NCBI GenBank assembly: GCA_964424365.1
Contig: CAYRJF010000001.1
Location: 1 to 30,209 of the forward strand
Reading direction: 5' to 3'
Length of the DNA stretch: 30,209 nucleotides
From: an uncultured Gammaproteobacteria bacterium
GTDB lineage: Bacteria > Patescibacteriota > Patescibacteriia > Patescibacteriales > JAGXOH01
Part shown: positions 13,321-19,508 of the stretch, piece by piece
Position numbering within the stretch: position 1 is the stretch's first letter
How the letters are laid out: the number at the start of each line of letters is the position of its first letter
Translations under genes and position numbers: made by a program
Notes under the pieces: model-generated
Seen by the model: the letters and a program-made list of their open reading frames with translations, nothing else
Told to the model about the DNA's origin: nothing
Database searches by the model: none

Positions 13321-16141
13321 AGACCTTAATACCTAAAGAGCCTCCGAAAAGAAAAAGTGATAATATTAACAAAAAGGAGAGCTCTTTATCGTTAAATCCC
13401 GAAGGCGCTAATTTTACGCCCTTGACTTCTACTTCACGGACTTCTAAGGGAGTTTTAGCGGTAATTGTTTTATGATTTTTTGCGGTTGCTTGAGAAAGAT
13501 TATGATAAATCCCTTCTTTTACTTCTTCTCCGATAACGACGGAATATTTAATTTCCTCCTCTTCTCCCGGAGACAAGTCACCCAGGCTCCAATTATAGGT
13601 ATCTTCTTGACTGGATTTATAAAAAAATCCTTGGGGCAATTTATCAATTAAAACCACCCCTAAAGCCTCGGATGCCCCTTCGTTTATAACTCTAACTGTA
13701 TAATCAACGATGTCTCCCGGGTTGGCAAATGAAACACTAACCGTCTTGGAAATTCCTAAAATCGGATCTAAGTCTTCAGGTGTTGAGGTGGGAGTAGCCG
13801 GATCTTTTGACGATTCTTCCGGTGTACCGGTTGCCCCTCTGCCCGCTTGAAAAATCCAAACAGGAGTTCCGCCGGTCCCTCCTGAGCCCCCTCTGCTTTC
13901 TTCTTTTTGACAATTTGAGCTACATCCGTCTCCGGAATTTGTATTTCCATCGTCGCATTCCTCGCCGGCTTCTACCAAACTATTCCCACAGATTGGTTTT
14001 TTTTCATTTCCTCCCCCGTTGCCGGGTTCTTGAAAGTGGTTGTTAAACTCTGCCAGGGCTTCTTTTCCAGAAACCACTTCTACCTCCTGCTCACCCGAAC
14101 CAGGGGTAATTGCCTCCCAATTTTCCCTTGCGGTTTCTTTTAGTAAATATTTTCCCGGACTTAGATCGGTAACTAAAGCCTCTCCGTTTGTTGTCTTTAC
14201 CTGAGTACTGCTACCGGATCCGAATTGAGGAATAATTTCAAACTCCCAATTTAAAGAAGCAGACAGGGCTCGATCATCTTTTGTCGAATCTTGACCGTCT
14301 TGGTCTTCATATTTTTTAATCCTTAAAGACCCCAACGGCTCTCCTTCATAATAATTTACAAAATCCCAGCCGTCTTTAATTTCACCAACACTTAAACTAA
14401 CCGCTTCCTCCGGACCCTCAAGCATCGTCCAATTAAGCGGTAAAGACTCCAGAAGTAAATAATTACCCGCTCTTAAATCGGAAAACTCATAATAACCGGA
14501 GGAGTCGGTGGTGGTTGTGGCCACAATTTCTCCGGGGCTATCTTCAGAATATAAATTTATTTGCCAAGGGTTTTTAGCTAAATATCTGTCTGCGCTTGTA
14601 GTAGCTAAACCGTCTTGATCAATGTATTTTTGACCTGACAAACTGGCGGTTCGATAATTTATAAATTTCATTTTTTGCTTTTCTCCTGTTTTTAAGGAAG
14701 TGGTGGCTTCTCCATTTTTAGGGCTTAAAACAGTCCAACCCGACAATATTTCCTCTCTGATTTTATAATCTCCTTCCTCTAGTTCTGTAAAAGAAAGGCA
14801 ATATTCTCCGGGTTTAGTGCTTAAGGTTTTAGTGCTTGTGGAAATATCGGTTCTATCCAAATCAAAGCTCCAGACATTACCCGTGGCCTCGGTCCGGTCT
14901 AAAGTGGTAGAGGGTAAACCGTCAAAATCCTCATATTTACAAACCTCAATACTGCCTCCTAGGGCCAGTTGGTGATTTCCAAAAATTTTTCCTTCAAGGT
15001 TTTCTTCCCAGGCTAAATTAATTTCATAATTATTTGTTTCCGGAAATGTTTGTTCCCAGTCCGGAATTGTTTTTTCCTTTATTGTATAAGAACCGGCGGG
15101 TAGGCCGGAAAACTTATAACACCCCAAACTATCGGTGGTTTGTGTAGCAATTAAGGAACTATTTTCCAAAACAATCTCCCAGCCCTCAATAAATGGCTCT
15201 TCAGTATCTTTGTTGCCGTTTTGATTTAAATCATTAAATTTACACCCGGAAATTGAGCCGTATTGGCATAATCTGGTGGATATTTGGCTATAAATACTTT
15301 CTAAATCATCTGAAGTGGGGGAGTAATAATATTCTGCCTGAGTTTCCCCTGCAATTTGTTTTAACATATTTTCATTAATATCTCCATTGCTTCCCAGGCC
15401 TATAGTAAACACCTTAATTCCGGCTAAAGCCGCCTCTGAGGCTTTTTCTAAAGCATATTGAACATCTCTGGGGTCTTCCCCGGAACCGCTTCCCTGGGGC
15501 TTGTTTGCCTTTCCATCTGTTAAAAGAATAACCACTTTATTGGCCTGGGGGTTGGCTCGGGAAGAGCTTAGCTCTTCTCGAGCTAAAGCAATTGCATCTC
15601 CAATATTGGTAGGGCCTTCTGCTTCTAAACCATCTAGTGAATTCTTGGTGGAATTATGACTAAAAGAAAGTTCTTTTTCCAGCTTGGCCAGCCAATCACC
15701 CTCTTTTTCATAAGAAAAATATACCAACCCGGACTGATCTTTGTTCCCCAGCAAATTTAAAAACTTACCTGCGGCGGCCTTAGCGGCAGTAATTTTATTT
15801 TCTCTGCTCGGCGTATATTCTGCCGGTCTATGTTCAGCATCTTTTTCTCTACACCACTCTTCAGTTACATTAGTCTCTTGATACTGAACCCACTGCTTAG
15901 AAGGTCCCTTCCATTCCAATTGATACCAAACACAAAGACTGTCTCTTCCTCCATCCTCCATACTCCCGGAGCGATCCAGGGCCAAAACCACATCTATCTC
16001 CGCCTCACAAAGACCTGATTCCTGGGCTCTAACCTGATTTAGCTTATAAGCACTCCAAACGCTTAAAAACAAAATTAAACTGATTGTTAAGAAAAACCTT
16101 AAATTAAAATAATTTAAATTTTTAAACTTTAGTTTTTTCAT
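13307..16141 (-). CDS. Large surface adhesin: signal peptide, vWA, 4 SdrD-B/Cna-B-like repeats, Myxococcus Cys-rich repeat, DUF11, LAPSG sorting motif and TM
   Basis: MIDAS DRSGS ... GPTNIGDA ... LLTDG; repeats GSI.GCKFNDLNQNG / GSI..CKYEDFDG / ASL.GQKYIDQDG / GSL..KKYEDQDG; CGNS.VEAGEECDDGN..SGDGCSSNC; GISKTV...ANPGD.VDYTVRV.N.G. Confidence 0.88.
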   Translation of the reverse strand: MKKLKFKNLNYFNLRFFLTISLILFLSVWSAYKLNQVRAQESGLCEAEIDVVLALDRSGSMEDGGRDSLCVWYQLEWKGPSKQWVQYQETNVTEEWCREKDAEHRPAEYTPSRENKITAAKAAAGKFLNLLGNKDQSGLVYFSYEKEGDWLAKLEKELSFSHNSTKNSLDGLEAEGPTNIGDAIALAREELSSSRANPQANKVVILLTDGKANKPQGSGSGEDPRDVQYALEKASEAALAGIKVFTIGLGSNGDINENMLKQIAGETQAEYYYSPTSDDLESIYSQISTRLCQYGSISGCKFNDLNQNGNKDTEEPFIEGWEIVLENSSLIATQTTDSLGCYKFSGLPAGSYTIKEKTIPDWEQTFPETNNYEINLAWEENLEGKIFGNHQLALGGSIEVCKYEDFDGLPSTTLDRTEATGNVWSFDLDRTDISTSTKTLSTKPGEYCLSFTELEEGDYKIREEILSGWTVLSPKNGEATTSLKTGEKQKMKFINYRTASLSGQKYIDQDGLATTSADRYLAKNPWQINLYSEDSPGEIVATTTTDSSGYYEFSDLRAGNYLLLESLPLNWTMLEGPEEAVSLSVGEIKDGWDFVNYYEGEPLGSLRIKKYEDQDGQDSTKDDRALSASLNWEFEIIPQFGSGSSTQVKTTNGEALVTDLSPGKYLLKETARENWEAITPGSGEQEVEVVSGKEALAEFNNHFQEPGNGGGNEKKPICGNSLVEAGEECDDGNTNSGDGCSSNCQKEESRGGSGGTGGTPVWIFQAGRGATGTPEESSKDPATPTSTPEDLDPILGISKTVSVSFANPGDIVDYTVRVINEGASEALGVVLIDKLPQGFFYKSSQEDTYNWSLGDLSPGEEEEIKYSVVIGEEVKEGIYHNLSQATAKNHKTITAKTPLEVREVEVKGVKLAPSGFNDKELSFLLILSLFLFGGSLGIKVYARA

Positions 16142-16145
16142 ATTT

Positions 16146-17045
16146 TTAGGTTTGTTTTAAATTTTTTTTATAAAACCAGATAAATGAAGTGGCTATTAAT
16201 AAAACGCCCAAAACTATAAACCAATACCAATACTGGCCCAAAAAAAGGCTCCAAGATTTTTCAGACTCCACCACTGCAAAAGCAAAATTCTCTTTTTTTA
16301 TTTTCTCTCCTTGCAACAAAACCGAAATATCAGCGTGATATTTGCCCAGAGAAGATTGGGGTAGATTATAGAAAAGCTTCACTTCTTCCTGTTCTAAGGG
16401 TATAATCGCTGCTTTACTTTCCGGGTAAGGGTAAATAAAATTGTCTATTATTTTGCCCTCCTTAATAATTTTGACTTGTAAATCCGGTTTTAACAAAATA
16501 TTCCCCTGATTGCGGTACTGGGCTTTAATCTCCAGGGGTTCGCCTTTCATGATTACGTAATTTTTTGGCGAAACCGAAGCGCTTAGTTTTACTATTTCCT
16601 GATCTGTAACCTTGATTACAACCTGCCTGCTGACTCTTTGAGCCACTGAGACAGAAACCTTTTCCGAAGAAGTGTTTTGAGGGTTATATTCCACAACCAA
16701 ACTTCCGCTATATTCACCATTAGGTAAAGTGTCCGGAAGCTTTATTTCCACATCCACCCCTTCTTTACCCTCTCCCTCTATCTCTAGCTCTGTTATTTCA
16801 GACTGATTATAAAAAAACTTTGTCCAGCTTTTTATGTCTCCTTCTGCCAGTAAAGCGAATTTAAGGGTCTTTTGGTTGTTGTTAAAAACCTTTAATTCTT
16901 CCTTTATCATCTGCCCTCTTAGGGCATTGTTAATTTCAACCGGCTTACTCATCAATCCGATTGCTTGAGCCTGGGGAACAAAAAACGCAAAAAACAGAAA
17001 AATTAAGGCAGACAGAGTTGTTTGAATTTTAATTTTTCTAAACAT
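16146..17045 (-). CDS. DUF916/DUF3324-like (WxL-interacting-type) two-Ig protein with C-terminal TM. Start ATG 17045
   Basis: Signal peptide ending AQA; V.I.LPDTLPNGEYSGSLVV; YRNQGNILLKP; G.Y.A.I; TM YWYWFIVLGVLLIATSFIWFY followed by KKNLK. Confidence 0.65.
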   Translation of the reverse strand: MFRKIKIQTTLSALIFLFFAFFVPQAQAIGLMSKPVEINNALRGQMIKEELKVFNNNQKTLKFALLAEGDIKSWTKFFYNQSEITELEIEGEGKEGVDVEIKLPDTLPNGEYSGSLVVEYNPQNTSSEKVSVSVAQRVSRQVVIKVTDQEIVKLSASVSPKNYVIMKGEPLEIKAQYRNQGNILLKPDLQVKIIKEGKIIDNFIYPYPESKAAIIPLEQEEVKLFYNLPQSSLGKYHADISVLLQGEKIKKENFAFAVVESEKSWSLFLGQYWYWFIVLGVLLIATSFIWFYKKNLKQT

Positions 17046-17053
17046 ATTTTTTC

Positions 17054-17094
17054 TATCCAGGGAGGAGAGGGGGAGACCCCCTCTCCTTTGGATA
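17054..17094. other. Strong intercistronic hairpin between the secreted subunit and the DUF916-like gene
   Basis: aggagaggggg-aga-ccccctctcct (11 bp) extended by tatcca/tggata. Confidence 0.75.
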
Positions 17095-17104
17095 ATTAAA
17101 TTAC

Positions 17105-18256
17105 TCAGTTGGAAACACAGACCGGGCAACACTCCCGAAAATTAGCAAACTTAGCGTCCAGAGTCATAGTACCGCTATAAGTTGAATTCTGGTTCGGAAA
17201 TTTAGAAACCAAGATAGAAAAATCTACCTCTTCCACCTCGGATAAATCTAGAATGTCTTCTAGCCACCTGTGTTTTTCCGGATAATAATTTTTCCAATCT
17301 TCTTCGTTATTACCCACCCGAGCATCGTATCTAACATTGTATACAGTGTCTGTGGTTCCAAATCCCATGTCATCCTGGCTTACGCCTAAGTAAAGACGGG
17401 TATTGCCGGTATTTCTAACTGAGGGCTTGTCAGCGGTTCCCCAGGTAGTATCTCCGGAAATTCTTTTATGAGTATTTAGTTTAACATTTCCGTAATCAAC
17501 TCCGGTAAAATCAACTTCATAAGAAGTTAGGGGTAAATACTCAAAGTGATTTTCCGCCTCATTACTAAACACGCCGGCGCTGTCTAAGGCAAAAATCTTT
17601 ACTCTATACATTCCGGCAGGGTCTTCCCAGATTAACTCCTTGTCCGCGCAATAGACATAAGCGGTCTCTTTCATCAACTCCCCATCCACATCACAAATTT
17701 CGTTATAGTTATAATTCTCAAAAAAAGAGGGTAGGTCGTTGTTGTTGTTTCTGATATTGTTGCAAAACAAGTCATAACCATCTGTCTTACTTAGTCTGGT
17801 TAGACGGTTTTCATCACCTCTTTGCTCCCCGCATCCGCTTAAACCATAATCAGGTGACTCACCTGTTCCCCCGTTTATTTGATCCGGGTTAGAGGGGTCT
17901 TCCGGGTGAAAAGCCACTGTTTCCGGATAATAAATATCAGTATAAACTCCATCTATATCAGAAACACCGTCTGGGTCTGTAACTATAGCACAGATGGAAT
18001 AGCTCGTAGTAGATCCCCAAACCCCGGGTGCGTCAAACTGGGCTCCGGAATTACTACTATCATCTTCCCCTGATAATTCGGAATAAAACCCTTTCATTTC
18101 CCATTTAGCTTTAACAATCGGGGCTGTTCCCCCTCCTTCGTCCCTGGTTAAAGTGGTATTGACTCCGGATTGTCCGTAAGCCGGTCCTACTAAACCCATA
18201 GAGAAAAGCATTGTAATTAGAGCGATCATTCCGCTCCAACGTTTTATCTTTTTCAT
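17105..18256 (-). CDS. Secreted Ig-like protein without a membrane or LPxTG anchor; WxL/TasA-like C-terminal domain; terminal CCPVC
   Basis: Signal peptide ending AYG; IVTDPDG..DI, G.YRVKIFALDSAG, VDYGNV, VRNTGN, YSGTMTLDA; 8 Cys. Confidence 0.7.
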   Translation of the reverse strand: MKKIKRWSGMIALITMLFSMGLVGPAYGQSGVNTTLTRDEGGGTAPIVKAKWEMKGFYSELSGEDDSSNSGAQFDAPGVWGSTTSYSICAIVTDPDGVSDIDGVYTDIYYPETVAFHPEDPSNPDQINGGTGESPDYGLSGCGEQRGDENRLTRLSKTDGYDLFCNNIRNNNNDLPSFFENYNYNEICDVDGELMKETAYVYCADKELIWEDPAGMYRVKIFALDSAGVFSNEAENHFEYLPLTSYEVDFTGVDYGNVKLNTHKRISGDTTWGTADKPSVRNTGNTRLYLGVSQDDMGFGTTDTVYNVRYDARVGNNEEDWKNYYPEKHRWLEDILDLSEVEEVDFSILVSKFPNQNSTYSGTMTLDAKFANFRECCPVCVSN

Positions 18257-18408
18257 ATTTTTTAGTTTTAGTAATTCTTTTGATTAGCTTCCCTCCTGCG
18301 CGAGCTAATCAATTAAGAATTTCTAAAAATCTTTTATTTGTTAATATTAATTTTTTACCAGACCCCCGGCTAAGCACCGGCTTTAGGCCTGGGCCGACCT
18401 TTAATTAA

Positions 18409-18451
18409 AAACGCCCCTGTAAGCTAAAGCAAAGCTTTTACAGAGGCGTTT
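18409..18451 (-). terminator. Intrinsic terminator-like hairpin downstream of the Com-like gene
   Basis: Minus RNA AAACGCCUCUGUA...UACAGGGGCGUUU (13 bp including one G-U), then UUAAUU. Confidence 0.7.
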
Positions 18452-18492
18452 AAATTTCTAATAACTTAGAATGTTTATGCCTGTTATAAAAA

Positions 18493-18705
18493 TTATTTTA
18501 TTTCTTCTTTTTTAAGTTTGTTTTCCTCCACCTCGGATCGGCATCGAAAAATTAGTTCTCCGTTTTCAGATATTAAAATATTAACTGACTTGCATTTGGG
18601 ACATTTTTTTTCTAAATGAACTCCGTCCCTAAATTTATAAATATTAAGCAAGTGGTTTGAACACCGGGCGCACCGCCAAATAAATTGACCGGGGTAATTA
18701 TTCAT
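18493..18705 (-). CDS. Small zinc-ribbon protein, Mu-like Com family
   Basis: RCARCSNHLL-x13-KKCPKCKSVN matches the Com pattern RCxxCxxLL...KCPxCxxxN. Confidence 0.7.
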   Translation of the reverse strand: MNNYPGQFIWRCARCSNHLLNIYKFRDGVHLEKKCPKCKSVNILISENGELIFRCRSEVEENKLKKEEIK

Positions 18706-18734
18706 AATAATTTTCAGAGGACCGCACTTTTAAT

Positions 18735-18810
18735 AAAAAAACCGGAAAAACAAATTAAGAAAATTTGACCCTAAATAATAGGGTTGTCTTTCTAATCCGT
18801 TTCCGGTTTT
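18735..18810 (-). terminator. Long imperfect hairpin plus U-tract in the leader of the Com-like gene (attenuator-like)
   Basis: AAAACCGGAAA / UUUCCGGUUUU outer stem, ACCCUA-UUAUU-UAGGGU apex, U7 about 30 nt before the ATG. Confidence 0.6.
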
Positions 18811-18909
18811 CATCCCCTCCTAAAATTAAGTTTTTAAAATTTAGAAATGTTTCCTTTTCACTCAAGCTGTTTTTCAAACCTTAAACACAAACATTTTAAA
18901 GACAAGAAA

Positions 18910-18937
18910 ATCTTACCAGTTAAGTTTTTTTTGTCAA
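18910..18937 (-). promoter_or_regulatory. Candidate promoter of the Com-like/surface locus
   Basis: TTGACA (18937-18932), 16 bp, TGgTAAGAT extended -10 (18915-18910). Confidence 0.6.
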
Positions 18938-19046
18938 TGTTTTTTTGTTTGGTTTTTTCTGGCCCTTGACTTTTTGAAATAAAAACTTAAAATTTTAAAA
19001 GTGTCCGGTGTCCCGCCTCTCACTCTTTACTGTTTTTTTAACCAAC

Positions 19047-19081
19047 AAAAAAATCAGCCACTTCTAAAAAAGGCTGATTTT
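19047..19081 (-). terminator. Intrinsic terminator of tRNA-Asp
   Basis: aaaatcagcc-N12-ggctgatttt 10-bp stem followed by a U-run on the minus strand. Confidence 0.75.
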
Positions 19082-19095
19082 ATTGGGTTTAAGTG

Positions 19096-19169
19096 CGGAG
19101 CGGACGGGGCTCGAACCCGCGACCTCATGCGTGACAGGCATGCGTTCTAACCATCTGAACTACCGCTCC
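19096..19169 (-). tRNA. tRNA-Asp(GTC), CCA not encoded
   Basis: Acceptor GGAGCGG/CCGCTCC, G73, anticodon arm CATGC-CTGTCAC-GCATG, T loop TTCGAGC. Confidence 0.96.
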
Positions 19170-19234
19170 AAAAAAATAAAAACGACACCGGATCGTTTTT
19201 CTCTGCTTACGCGAGACTTATTAAAACTAAATCA

Positions 19235-19263
19235 ATAATATCAAAAAGAAATTTCCTAGTCAA
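19235..19263 (-). promoter_or_regulatory. Promoter of tRNA-Asp
   Basis: TTGACT (19263-19258), 17 bp, TATTAT (19240-19235). Confidence 0.6.
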
Positions 19264-19273
19264 CTGTTTTTGC

Positions 19274-19304
19274 TTTTCCACAATTTAACCACAACTTATA
19301 AACA
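19274..19304 (+). promoter_or_regulatory. Three tandem DnaA boxes upstream of dnaA (oriC part 1 / dnaA autoregulation)
   Basis: TTTTCCACA 19274, TTAACCACA 19285, TTATAAACA 19296; exact 11-bp spacing. Confidence 0.75.
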
Positions 19305-19334
19305 AATCCGGGGTTTTTACTTTTTTTGTTTAGT

Positions 19335-19343
19335 TGTTATAAT
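19335..19343 (+). promoter_or_regulatory. Extended -10 of the dnaA promoter
   Basis: TGtTATAAT. Confidence 0.6.
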
Positions 19344-19508
19344 GTTTTTATTAAAATAAAATTTCAAAAACCATTCTTTTTCCCGGTCCCTGTGTTTCTT
19401 TTTTTTATTTAGCGGTTATTAATTTTAAAAAATACATGATCGCTAAAAAATATTCCCCCCATCGACATAGGGTTGGTAGACTATATTTAAATATTAAAAT
19501 TTAAGGCT

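Noticed and set aside
13307-16141. Diversity-generating retroelement or phase-variable repeat in the adhesin
   Set aside because: No template/variable repeat pair and no reverse transcriptase were seen. The B-repeats are diverged at the DNA level, and no long homopolymer stands out beyond the genome background.
17046-17132. N-terminal 29 aa of the ORF-track DUF916-like protein
   Set aside because: It runs through the intercistronic hairpin; the signal peptide starts at ATG 17045.
18361-18451. Calling a bona fide c-di-GMP-I riboswitch
   Set aside because: Only a P2-like arm resembles GEMM and the P1 GCAAA/GNRA elements are missing. It is kept only as an unassigned structured element.
12661-19096. 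Surface locus as an island integrated at tRNA-Asp
   Set aside because: No duplicate of the tRNA-Asp 3' end was seen near 12.6 kb or elsewhere, there is no integrase, and no obvious compositional break was noticed by eye.
403-19169. Four of five tRNAs lack encoded CCA
   Set aside because: This is common in bacteria that have a CCA-adding enzyme and is not unusual by itself.
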